Assembly (NCBI GenBank): GCA_043814095.1
Contig: JBDRKI010000099.1
Coordinates: 1-64,000 of the forward strand
DNA length: 64,000 nucleotides
Direction: 5' to 3'
DNA from: Armatimonadota bacterium
Lineage (GTDB): Bacteria; Vulcanimicrobiota; JACPDS01; JBDRKI01
The notes beneath the pieces were generated by a model. The model did no database searches, was not told where the DNA came from, and saw only the letters and a list, made by a program, of their open reading frames with translations. Position 1 is the stretch's first letter; every line of letters starts with the position of its first letter. A program made the position numbers and the translations under genes. Below, piece after piece: positions 18,822 to 27,859 of this stretch.

Positions 18822-20704
18822 ATCATCCCGACTATTGAGGCATCGCGGTTAATCATTAAAGCCATTATGATCATCATAGCGGCGATAATGGCCAGCGTGT
18901 GTATCTCAGCCTTAAAAATAACCTGCCAGTTAAAACGTCCCTGCAGTTCAAAATAAGGGCGCAGCGCGTTAGGTATAATTCTCGGGACCATTTTAGCGTA
19001 TATAAGGTAGGGTTCCCCGAAGGTTTCGTATAAATATACTTCTTCCAGAGGAATTATGATGCCGTAAACTACCATATATCCCATAAGAAAGAGCATAAGC
19101 ACGATAACTCTTTCTACGGACAGCATACCGCCTATGGCCATAAAATAAAAGCCAAGGGCTGTTACGCAGTTGCCCAGATACAGGGGATTTTTAATATAGG
19201 CGTAGGGGCCCGCCGTAACAAGCTGCGGGGCCATAAGCTCGCTTTCCCTCGTGGTTGAGCCCGCGTACCCGACACCCCAGATACGCAGAAATTCGCCCCC
19301 GAAAACAAAGATAAGTCCGAACAAAAACGAATACAGCGTGGGACGCGCGATAAAAAGCACAAAAACAGCCAGAGGCGCGAGAATCCAACCGCGCCATCCG
19401 AAAACAAACTCCCTGAAAGGCGTGCGTATTTTATGCGCATTGGCAAATAAATTTACGCTTGAATCAAGCGAACTTAATATAAGTTCGGCTATCTTCGTTG
19501 AAGCATCATGCTTGCCTTTAGTCACCTCAATTAATTCGTGGCTCATTTTTTCCCTTACATCATCATTCTTTAAAAGCTCCGCGGCCACATTCGTAACTTC
19601 TTCAGCTTTCTGTTCCACAATAACTTCAGGCACAATTTCTTTATCGGCAATCTGGTTTGGAAGCGCCGTAAATTTAATTCTCTTTAGTATCCAGTAAAGA
19701 AGCTTCTTCCTGAAAAAGGAGCCCATCGGAAGCGAACCCAGAAAGCCGGTAAGCCCGCCGCGCGGTATTTTCGCGCGCCATGTTGATGAAACAATCATGG
19801 GTTTTCCGAGCGCGGCCACTTCAGCGGTATTGGTGCCAGGTATGGTAAGCACAAGGTCGGATAAATTAATCACATCATACTGCATGCCCTGGAGCACCCT
19901 TACCTTAAGGCCTTTCTCCGTTTTTATAAACAACGAGCCGTTATTGGTTATAAGCTCGGCTTTTGTGCCCTCCAGCCCGCTGCCGGAAGGAGTAAGGCAT
20001 TTTTCAAGATCTTTTAAAGATAAAAACGGTGATACGCCGAGTAAAAACTGTATGTTGCTGAAACGGTCTTTCAGCTCTTCCGCCACTTTTAAATAGTAAG
20101 GAAGGCTTTCTTTCACATGATAGAACCTGCTGCCCGGAAGTATGCCGACAGTATGAGAAGTCTCTTCTATGCCCCACTGTTTGCTCACAGCCAGCTTATC
20201 AAGGGTGGGCTTTGCCTGTTCAACCATTAGATTCCCGACAACCACAATCCTGTCTTTTTTAAACCCCAAATCTGCCATCTCCTGGGCTATTGCCTCATCC
20301 TGCACGCCGAGGTAATCAAAATATTTATTCCATTTTGACGCTTTTACCGAATATGCGACCGAAGGATACCTGAGCCTTCTGGAGACTATAAGAGCGTGCC
20401 AGAAATCCCCGCCCAGAAAAACCACGCTCCCGAAAGCGGCGGGAGAATATTTTTTAAGCCTGAAACCGAAAAGAAACTGTACAAACTCTTTAGGATTTAT
20501 AACAACATCAACACCGTCAATGGCTTTGGCAATTTCTTCTTCTTTACCGCTCGCGTAAGGACACGGTACAAGCATAACAATTATGCGTATCTCCGGACGA
20601 CTTAATTTTAACTTTGCAATTGTTATTCTCACCCATGAAGAAAGCTCTCCCGGACTGTTTGTTATTATAACTATATCTTTTTTCTTATCATCAACTTTAA
20701 GCAT
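18788..20704 (-). CDS. LpxB-like GT-B glycosyltransferase fused to a C-terminal ICMT/PEMT-family membrane methyltransferase (LmtA-like)
   Basis: N-part has ITNSPGELSSW, LVPCPYASG, FLGGD, LPGSR, PGTNTAE and ALPN...IVPE; C-part has LRIWGVGY, LVTAGPYAYIKNPLYLGN and EEVYL...FG. Probable ATG at 20704 (track start 20749). Confidence 0.82.
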   Translation of the reverse strand: MLKVDDKKKDIVIITNSPGELSSWVRITIAKLKLSRPEIRIIVMLVPCPYASGKEEEIAKAIDGVDVVINPKEFVQFLFGFRLKKYSPAAFGSVVFLGGDFWHALIVSRRLRYPSVAYSVKASKWNKYFDYLGVQDEAIAQEMADLGFKKDRIVVVGNLMVEQAKPTLDKLAVSKQWGIEETSHTVGILPGSRFYHVKESLPYYLKVAEELKDRFSNIQFLLGVSPFLSLKDLEKCLTPSGSGLEGTKAELITNNGSLFIKTEKGLKVRVLQGMQYDVINLSDLVLTIPGTNTAEVAALGKPMIVSSTWRAKIPRGGLTGFLGSLPMGSFFRKKLLYWILKRIKFTALPNQIADKEIVPEVIVEQKAEEVTNVAAELLKNDDVREKMSHELIEVTKGKHDASTKIAELILSSLDSSVNLFANAHKIRTPFREFVFGWRGWILAPLAVFVLFIARPTLYSFLFGLIFVFGGEFLRIWGVGYAGSTTRESELMAPQLVTAGPYAYIKNPLYLGNCVTALGFYFMAIGGMLSVERVIVLMLFLMGYMVVYGIIIPLEEVYLYETFGEPYLIYAKMVPRIIPNALRPYFELQGRFNWQVIFKAEIHTLAIIAAMMIIMALMINRDASIVGMIWNGIWQVKRF

Positions 20705-20705
20705 A

Positions 20706-21860
20706 TTACTCCTCAACTTTATTAATAATATCGCGGATGAGCCCGGCAACTTTATTAATTACGCCGCCGGATTCAAAATTTTCTTTAATTCTTCGTAAAT
20801 CGCAGAGCATATCCCTTCTGGCGGGACTTTCTTTAATAAGCTCGCGCGCAAGCACGCTTATCCTGCGCGGACTTATGTCTTTTTGAATAAATTCAGGAAC
20901 GACTTCTTTTCCCAGAATAATATTAGGCAGAGAAATATGCTTAAGGTACGGGAATAATATCTTTGCCGCCGTATAATCAAACCAGTTTAACCTGTATAAG
21001 ACTATCATGGGGGTTAAAAAATACGCGGCCTCAAGAGTCGCTGTCCCGCTTGAAGTTATAATAAGATCGGATGCCTGCATTACATCATAAGCGGACCGGG
21101 TAACCCGTACAGGAAAGCCTGTCTTTGCCCTTGTTAAGTAATCCCTTATAATCTTCTCTATATGGGGCGATGAAGCCGGTATCATAAAGAAGGTCTCCGG
21201 GTCTTTCTCGTGAATCAGCATGGAAGTCTCTATCATACTGCCCAGAAGGAGCCTGACTTCATGAGCCCTGCTGCCGGGAAGAAGCCCTATAACCTTATCT
21301 TCTTTTATCCTGTACTCTTTTTTTATGCTGTGTTTATCCCTGCGCGCATCCTCTATTGCGTCAACTATTGGGTGGCCGAAATAATAAACTTTTTTTCCTG
21401 CTTTTTCATACATATTTTTAGTATGTTCAAAAACAGGTACGACATAATCAAAGAACCGGGCGTAACGGCGGGTTTTATCAAGATTTTCTTTCCTCCATGC
21501 GGAAGGCGGAAAATAATACATCATCTTGATGTTGTGTTTTTTAACATACTCCGCTATGCGCACATTTATTGCGGGCGAATCTATTAAAATCAAAAGATCG
21601 GGCTTGAATTTCACTATATCTTTTTTAAGCTTATCCACCTTAAACCACAGGTAGGGAACTTTCTTAACGGCTTCCCATATGCCTATAACTCCCCATGAAG
21701 AAGTATCCGTAAAATGTTCAAGCTCCTCGGATTTTAAACTGTGTCCGCCGGCTCCAAGAAACACAATATTATTATCCATCTGCTTCAGTTTCTTTACCAG
21801 TAATGAAGAATGCAGATCTCCAGAGGATTCAAACGAAGTTATGGCTATTTTTTTGTTCAT
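20706..21860 (-). CDS. lpxB: Lipid-A-disaccharide synthase
   Basis: ESSGDLH, LIDSP, PPSAW, GHP, LLPGSRAHE, SGTATLE, ISLPNII and VPEFIQ motifs; directly downstream of lpxA. Confidence 0.92.
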   Translation of the reverse strand: MNKKIAITSFESSGDLHSSLLVKKLKQMDNNIVFLGAGGHSLKSEELEHFTDTSSWGVIGIWEAVKKVPYLWFKVDKLKKDIVKFKPDLLILIDSPAINVRIAEYVKKHNIKMMYYFPPSAWRKENLDKTRRYARFFDYVVPVFEHTKNMYEKAGKKVYYFGHPIVDAIEDARRDKHSIKKEYRIKEDKVIGLLPGSRAHEVRLLLGSMIETSMLIHEKDPETFFMIPASSPHIEKIIRDYLTRAKTGFPVRVTRSAYDVMQASDLIITSSGTATLEAAYFLTPMIVLYRLNWFDYTAAKILFPYLKHISLPNIILGKEVVPEFIQKDISPRRISVLARELIKESPARRDMLCDLRRIKENFESGGVINKVAGLIRDIINKVEE

Positions 21861-21871
21861 AAAAAATTACA

Positions 21872-21917
21872 GGGCCGGTTTTGTGAAATTCAAAATTGAA
21901 ATTCTCAAAACTGGCCC
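21872..21917. repeat. Imperfect inverted repeat between lpxA and lpxB
   Basis: GGGCCGGTTTTGTGAAATT...AATTCTCAAAACTGGCCC; on the minus strand it is followed by TGTAATTTTTT and then the lpxB ATG. Confidence 0.6.
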
Positions 21918-21927
21918 CGGTACTCCA

Positions 21928-22710
21928 TTATTTTCCGACTATTCCCAGCCTTGACGGATTATTTAAAAAATCTACCAAATGGCGGACTTCTTTGTCTGAA
22001 TTAAGATTGCTGTTAATTTCATCAACAGCCTGACCTATATTGAGTTTGGAATCCATAATATATTTGTACGCTTTTTTAAGCTCTTTTCTTCCTTTTTCGT
22101 CAATGCCTTTACGCGCCAATCCCCTGTAGTTTATACCGTAAAGTTTGATAGGCTGGCCGTCAGCGATTGAAAAAGGAGGCACGTCTTTTACTACCTTGGA
22201 AAAACCGCCTACCATTGCCATCTTGCCTATTTTGGCAAACTGGTGGATACCCGTCATACCGCCTATAACGGCATGATCTTCCACTTCAACATGACCGGAA
22301 AGCCCTGTTGAATTGGCGATTACTATGCCGCTGCCGAGCACGCAGTTGTGTGCCACGTGCACAAAAGCCATAAGCATATTATCGTTTCCGATAACTGTCT
22401 TTCCGCCTTCGTCCGCGGCCCTGTGAACGGTTATGAATTCGCGCAGTATATTATTGTCGCCTATCTCAACATAGCTTTCAAAATCCTTGTATTTTAAATC
22501 CTGGGGGGGAGCGCCTATAACGGATGAGACCCCTATCTTGTTGTTACTGCCTATTTTAGTCCATCCCTCTATAACACAGTGAGAAGCTATTTTGGTATTA
22601 TCGCCTATTATGACATTTTTCCCGATTATGGAATAAGGGCCTACCTCTACTCCCTTGCCTAATTTGGCCCCTTGATCAATGATAGCCGTAGGGTGTATCA
22701 CTTGCTTCAC
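21928..22710 (-). CDS. lpxA: Acyl-ACP--UDP-N-acetylglucosamine (or UDP-GlcNAc3N) acyltransferase
   Basis: Hexapeptide repeats, PQDLKY, HVAHNC (catalytic His), GHV, HQF and DVPPF motifs. Confidence 0.97.
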   Translation of the reverse strand: MKQVIHPTAIIDQGAKLGKGVEVGPYSIIGKNVIIGDNTKIASHCVIEGWTKIGSNNKIGVSSVIGAPPQDLKYKDFESYVEIGDNNILREFITVHRAADEGGKTVIGNDNMLMAFVHVAHNCVLGSGIVIANSTGLSGHVEVEDHAVIGGMTGIHQFAKIGKMAMVGGFSKVVKDVPPFSIADGQPIKLYGINYRGLARKGIDEKGRKELKKAYKYIMDSKLNIGQAVDEINSNLNSDKEVRHLVDFLNNPSRLGIVGK

Positions 22711-22711
22711 C

Positions 22712-23695
22712 TCAATTTTTTGTCATGGCCAGATATTCTTCAGCAAGCTCTCTGTTGCGTTTTACCGTTTTCATGGAGCTTACAATCTGCATGGCCAGCT
22801 CCAGCGCGCGTTTGCCGTCTTCCCCCGAAACCATGGGGGTTTTATGCTGTGACACGCATTCTATGAAATGAGCCAGCTCCAGGCGCAGAGGTTCGTCTTT
22901 CTCAACATATATATGCTCAAATGTATTGGGTTTGCCGTTCATGGGCGGTTTCATTAAAGTTACCGCCTGGTTTATAAAATCAAGAAGCAGGGTCCTGCCG
23001 TTCTCAATAACCTTCATCTGCCTTAGCTTCTCACCGCTTACCCTGGAGGATAAAAGCTGGGCGACACAGCCGTTTTTAAATGTGATCTTCACTATCGCCA
23101 GATCCTCAAAATCAGAGTATACGGATATCCCTGTTGCCTGAATCTCCTTAATATCCGATTTAACAATATTAAGAAGTATATCAAGATCATGAACCATTAA
23201 ATCCCAGACAATGCCCACGTCTAAATTCCTGTTTGTGGGGAAAGACATTCTCTGGGCTTCAATAAATAAAGGTTCGTTTATAAGTTTTTTAAACATCAGC
23301 ATCGCGGGATTAAACCTCTCCAGGTGGCCTACCTGCAGAATCATGTCTTTGCCGTTTGCCATATCTATTAATTCTTTGGCCTGACTCAAATCGGTTGTTA
23401 TAGGTTTTTCAATCATTACATGTATATTTCTGCTTAAAAAATCTTTGGCAATCTGATGGTGAAGATTTGTCGGAACTGCAATATTGACGGCGTCTACTTT
23501 TGCAAAAAGATCCTTATAATCAACGTAATAATCGGTCTGCAGCTTTCTCGCGACTCCTTCGCCGAGATCTTTCTGAATATCAACAAGGCCGGTCAGCTCA
23601 ACATTTTCCATTTCCGAATATATTCTGGCGTGGTGCCTGCCCATGTTGCCTACACCTATAACACCAACTCTGATTTTATTACTCAAAGCGTTCAC
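22712..23695 (-). CDS. Gfo/Idh/MocA oxidoreductase, GnnA-like (UDP-GlcNAc 3-dehydrogenase)
   Basis: GVGNMG, EKP, VGHLERFNPA and DLMVHDLD motifs; 1 bp from lpxA. Confidence 0.8.
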   Translation of the reverse strand: MNALSNKIRVGVIGVGNMGRHHARIYSEMENVELTGLVDIQKDLGEGVARKLQTDYYVDYKDLFAKVDAVNIAVPTNLHHQIAKDFLSRNIHVMIEKPITTDLSQAKELIDMANGKDMILQVGHLERFNPAMLMFKKLINEPLFIEAQRMSFPTNRNLDVGIVWDLMVHDLDILLNIVKSDIKEIQATGISVYSDFEDLAIVKITFKNGCVAQLLSSRVSGEKLRQMKVIENGRTLLLDFINQAVTLMKPPMNGKPNTFEHIYVEKDEPLRLELAHFIECVSQHKTPMVSGEDGKRALELAMQIVSSMKTVKRNRELAEEYLAMTKN

Positions 23696-23734
23696 CTCTG
23701 CTTAAACAGCGTATTTTTCCCGTATATTGTGATT

Positions 23735-23763
23735 ATTATCTTACAAAAGATATCTTATGTCAA
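23735..23763 (-). promoter_or_regulatory. Internal sigma-70/A promoter upstream of the gnnA-like gene and lpxA-lpxB module
   Basis: TTGACA-17 bp-GATAAT on the minus strand in the 92-bp gap after lpxC-fabZ. Confidence 0.65.
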
Positions 23764-23787
23764 TATTAAAATATATTATTATATCTC

Positions 23788-25053
23788 TTATTTTTCCACC
23801 ACGAGGGCAAACATAAGTTCGCCTTCAGCCACCACCTTGTCTTCCACTTTAGCGATGACTTTAACCTTGCCCATCTGGTTGCTTCTTAAGCTGATAACAT
23901 CGGCCTCAATTAAAAGCTGGTCTCCCGGAACAACGGCTTTTCTGAATTTTACCTTGTCTATCCCGGCAAAGAAAGGGGTTATTTTTTTGTCTCTGCGCCC
24001 GTTTAAAAGCATAATGCCGCCCACCTGGGCCATTGCCTCAATAATTAAAACACCCGGCATAATCGGATTCCCGGGGAAATGACCGTTAAAGAACGGCTCG
24101 TTTATCGTTACGTTTTTTATCCCGACAGACCTTTTATCGTTCTCAAGCTCAAGAATCCTGTCCACCAGCAAAAACGGATAACGGTGCGGTAAAATACCGA
24201 ATATCTCTTTAATATTAATGTCAGCCACTGTACCCTCCTTAACCACAGGCAGTCTTTTGATAAAATCAATATCCAGACTATGGCTGGATTTATAAGCGTA
24301 AATATGCGCCTTAAGCGGTTTTCCCAAAACGGCCAGATCTCCGATAAGGTCCAGTCCTTTATGGCGGACAATCTCGTCATCAAAACGGAGTTTGGTCATT
24401 ATACTATCCTGTTTTATAACCACTGCGTTATCAAGAGAGCCGCCAAGAGCCAGATTTCTTTCCTTTAAGCTCTCTACTTCCTCCCAGAAACCAAAAGTTC
24501 TCGCGGGAGCAACTTCGGAAAGAAAATCATTTTTTTCCTTAATAAAATCAAAACTCTGGGCACCTACCATGGGATGGTTAAAATTTACCAGAGTTGTAAT
24601 TTTCAGTTCATCCGCGGGATGAGCGGTTATGAAAGAGTCGCCCTTTTTAAACGAGAACGGCTCTTTTATTATAAGATAGGATTTATCGGCGTTCTGTTCA
24701 AGCAGATGAGATTTTATCTCGGCGGCAAAAGGAAGAGCACTCCCGTCTAAAGCCGGTATTTCTTCGCCGCTTACCTCTATAAGCAGGTTATCAACCCCGT
24801 AAGCGTAAAGCGCCGCCAGAAGATGTTCCACCGTCCTGACATTACAGTTTTTTGTTCCTACGGATACGGAACGAACTGTAGACAATACACCAGCCGGACA
24901 CAATTCAATCTCGGGCGTTCCTGGAAGATCTACACGTTTAAATTTAATGCCGTAATTTTCTTCCCTGGGAATCAATCTGACTTTTACCTCTGTACCCGAG
25001 TGAAGGCCTATGCCGGAAAATTCCAGTTCTTGTTTTAATGTTTTCTGCTTCAT
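23788..25053 (-). CDS. lpxC/fabZ: Bifunctional LpxC-FabZ fusion
   Basis: LpxC motifs [24 protein letters not shown] and [10 protein letters not shown]; FabZ motifs [11 protein letters not shown] and [20 protein letters not shown]. Confidence 0.97.
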   Translation of the reverse strand: MKQKTLKQELEFSGIGLHSGTEVKVRLIPREENYGIKFKRVDLPGTPEIELCPAGVLSTVRSVSVGTKNCNVRTVEHLLAALYAYGVDNLLIEVSGEEIPALDGSALPFAAEIKSHLLEQNADKSYLIIKEPFSFKKGDSFITAHPADELKITTLVNFNHPMVGAQSFDFIKEKNDFLSEVAPARTFGFWEEVESLKERNLALGGSLDNAVVIKQDSIMTKLRFDDEIVRHKGLDLIGDLAVLGKPLKAHIYAYKSSHSLDIDFIKRLPVVKEGTVADINIKEIFGILPHRYPFLLVDRILELENDKRSVGIKNVTINEPFFNGHFPGNPIMPGVLIIEAMAQVGGIMLLNGRRDKKITPFFAGIDKVKFRKAVVPGDQLLIEADVISLRSNQMGKVKVIAKVEDKVVAEGELMFALVVEK

Positions 25054-25090
25054 TTTAAACCGTTATTTATTTTGTTTTGATTAGATTGAC

Positions 25091-26089
25091 TTATTTTGCC
25101 TTATTTTCAAGTTCTTCTATTCTTTTATTAAAACTTTCAATGGTTTTAGAGAGGGATGTCATATATGACTGCATTTTTAATTCTTCCCTGTGGCTCTTTG
25201 CGGGGAAACCGCTTACCATGCTTTTGGGTTTTATCTCTTTTGTAACACCGGCGCGTCCGAGCACCATTGTGTCATGCCCTATCTTCACGTGATCGGATAC
25301 CCCCACCTGGGCCGCCAGTATAACCCGGTCTCCGACTTTGGAAGATCCTGCTACACCGGTCATGGCAACGATTATACAATCTTCACCTATCTCAACATTA
25401 TGTGCTATATGAACAAGGTTGTCTATCTTAGTGCCCCTGCCTATCCTGGTAGCGCCTGTTGTGGCTCTGTCCACGCAGGTATTTGAACCGATCTCCGCCT
25501 CATCTCCTATATGCACGGTGCCGAGCTGGGGTATCTTAAAATTCTTAGCGCCTTCCTTAACATAGCCGAAGCCTTCGGAACCTATTACCGCGCCGCTGTA
25601 TATGATCACACTGCGCCCCATAAAAACCCTGTCAAATATGACAGCATTGGGATAGATTACCGTTCCTGCGCCTATTTCAGCGCCTTCACCTATATAAACA
25701 CCGGCATGAATCTGAACATTATCACCGATAACGGCGCCCTTATTAATCACCGCGTTCGGACCCACGGCAACATCTTTGCCGAGCCGCGCTTCAGGGTCTA
25801 TAACCGCCTTCTCGTGTATGCCGTTAAGAGGCGTTTTTACTTCAAACAAACCCAAAACTTTCGCAAACGCAAGCTTTGGATCGCCGGCAACAAGAAGGGT
25901 CTTGCCCCTAATGTCAGTATATTTAATTTTATTGCTCGCGATAATAACGCCTGCCGTGGAGTTTAAGGCCTTCTCAAAATTTCTCGTATCCGCCGCCCAG
26001 ATGATGGAACTCGGACCGGAAATTTCCACATCATCGCCTTTTAATTCGGCTTTTATTTCCCGCGCTATTTCGCTTGCTTTAAAAGACAT
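25091..26089 (-). CDS. lpxD: UDP-3-O-(3-hydroxyacyl)glucosamine N-acyltransferase
   Basis: Hexapeptide repeats, IGSEGFGY, KIPQLG, TKIDNLVHIAHNV and SGFPA motifs; probable ATG at 26089 (track start 26125). Confidence 0.96.
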   Translation of the reverse strand: MSFKASEIAREIKAELKGDDVEISGPSSIIWAADTRNFEKALNSTAGVIIASNKIKYTDIRGKTLLVAGDPKLAFAKVLGLFEVKTPLNGIHEKAVIDPEARLGKDVAVGPNAVINKGAVIGDNVQIHAGVYIGEGAEIGAGTVIYPNAVIFDRVFMGRSVIIYSGAVIGSEGFGYVKEGAKNFKIPQLGTVHIGDEAEIGSNTCVDRATTGATRIGRGTKIDNLVHIAHNVEIGEDCIIVAMTGVAGSSKVGDRVILAAQVGVSDHVKIGHDTMVLGRAGVTKEIKPKSMVSGFPAKSHREELKMQSYMTSLSKTIESFNKRIEELENKAK

Positions 26090-26099
26090 TTCAATACCT

Positions 26100-26507
26100 T
26101 TACTGCAGTTTATTTTTAATTTCATCGGTTATATCTATTCCGCCGTATTCCACGGCAAAATCCACCACTACAATATTCAGTTTCTTTTTCTTCGCGATTT
26201 GCGCAACCACTTCTTCAAGCTTTTCATCAAGAGCGTTGCCTTTTTCCTTCCATTTTTCGTTCATCTGCTCAATAACCGCCTTTTGTTTGTCCGTTATCTT
26301 AGACGGGTCTTTGGGCAGTTTGCCGAGCAGAAGATCGCTCTCAACCTGGTACTCGCTCATCAAGTCCCTGTATTCCGCCCAGTTGGCAAGAAGCTTATAC
26401 CTGTTAATAATGCCTGTTTTTAAATTTGCCGGCTTACACCCGGTGACAGAAATAATAATCCCCATACATATAAACAACACTGCCGCGACTATAACTATTT
26501 TTTTCAT
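26100..26507 (-). CDS. Small OmpH/Skp-like protein with lipobox
   Basis: Lipoprotein signal ...SVTGC; Skp-type C-terminus (IAKKKKLNIVV...YGGIDITDEI). Confidence 0.7.
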   Translation of the reverse strand: MKKIVIVAAVLFICMGIIISVTGCKPANLKTGIINRYKLLANWAEYRDLMSEYQVESDLLLGKLPKDPSKITDKQKAVIEQMNEKWKEKGNALDEKLEEVVAQIAKKKKLNIVVVDFAVEYGGIDITDEIKNKLQ

Positions 26508-26516
26508 ACGTCCTCC

Positions 26517-27830
26517 TTATTCCATTTCCATAACCTGTTTGGTCAGATCAACAGCATCTATATCCAGAATATATTCTCCTACAACATAAGATATATTCTC
26601 CGGTATTGCGGCTTTTCCGACCTTCTGGCTTATACTGCTTATAATCTCGTCGTAAAGACGGTCCCTCTGCTCTTCAAGTATTTCAATCTGTTTTTCCAGT
26701 TCTTTCCTTCTTTCGTCAGAAAGCTTGTCCAGAGATTCTTTTTTATCCATGGCCTTTTCTACAAGCTCTTTTTCCTGCTTTTCAAGCTTTTTCTGCAGTT
26801 CAATCCTTTTGTCCTCAAACTGTTTCTCATATTTAGCGGAAAGCTCTTCAACCTGTTTCTGGTACGCTACTCTTTTTTCTTCCAGTTTCTGCTTGGCATA
26901 TTTATACTGGGGTGATGAGAGTTCTTTCTTGCTGGAATATTTCTCATAAAGCCCTTTTCCTTTTATCTGGGCCATAACGTCTTTTTCAAGATCCTCGTTA
27001 TACCGGGCAACTTCCCGCTCTATTTCATTAACTCTTTTCAGCTTATATTCTTCAAACTTTTTATCAAGCTGGAGCTGTTTAATTTCCGCAAGGTGCGATT
27101 CTCTCGCGTTCAGAGCTTTAAGCTGATTGATCACTTCTTCCCTTTCCTCGGGCGTTACAGCGTTGTCGCGTTTAAAAACCAGGTTGATTTTTTCATTCTG
27201 ATTTTTAAGCTGTATTTCCCTCTCGTAAGCGGAAAGTTCCTGGCGCTGTTTCTCTTTAATACCCCTTAGCTCCTCAGTTAATTTTTTCTGCAGTTCAAGG
27301 CGCTTTGCCGCAACCTGTTTTTCCTTAAACGCAATTAAGTCCTTGACAAACTGGTCCAGGCTCTGCTGGAGCGTCTGGGATGTAACTTTTTTGGGCGGGG
27401 CCAGAAGTTCTTCGGGGCTCGGTCCCTGCGATTGAAGTATTTTTATCTGCTCAACTATCTGGTTTTTTTCTGCTTCCATCTGCGAACCAAGCTCGGCCTG
27501 TTCTTTCTGCAGTCTCTTCTGTATCTGGAGCAGCTCTTCACCGAGCTGCTGGGCCGCCTGCTGCTGCTTTTTCTCCATCATAACGGCCACGCTCTTTAAG
27601 GGGTCAAGCTCCATATCCAGCTGTTCCTGCAGGCCCATAAGCTGTTCGTTAAGCTTTACAAGCTTATCATAATCAGGATGGGCTTCTATAAGCTTATCCA
27701 GTTCAACCACGCCGAATTTACCGTAAGGCATATCCGCGCTGTTAACGGGGGTTTTAAATATGAAGAAACTGGCGGCAAATACAATGCCGACAAGCACCGT
27801 TACTGTTATCGCATATTTTAAAAATCTCAT
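26517..27830 (-). CDS. OmpH/Skp-like protein with very long coiled coil
   Basis: Signal peptide, Skp N-strand (FGVVELDKLIEAHPDY) and C-strand (VDLTKQV) around ~330 aa of Q/E/K heptads. Confidence 0.7.
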   Translation of the reverse strand: MRFLKYAITVTVLVGIVFAASFFIFKTPVNSADMPYGKFGVVELDKLIEAHPDYDKLVKLNEQLMGLQEQLDMELDPLKSVAVMMEKKQQQAAQQLGEELLQIQKRLQKEQAELGSQMEAEKNQIVEQIKILQSQGPSPEELLAPPKKVTSQTLQQSLDQFVKDLIAFKEKQVAAKRLELQKKLTEELRGIKEKQRQELSAYEREIQLKNQNEKINLVFKRDNAVTPEEREEVINQLKALNARESHLAEIKQLQLDKKFEEYKLKRVNEIEREVARYNEDLEKDVMAQIKGKGLYEKYSSKKELSSPQYKYAKQKLEEKRVAYQKQVEELSAKYEKQFEDKRIELQKKLEKQEKELVEKAMDKKESLDKLSDERRKELEKQIEILEEQRDRLYDEIISSISQKVGKAAIPENISYVVGEYILDIDAVDLTKQVMEME

Positions 27831-27859
27831 ATTAACACGATCCCTCTATAATCAAACTT

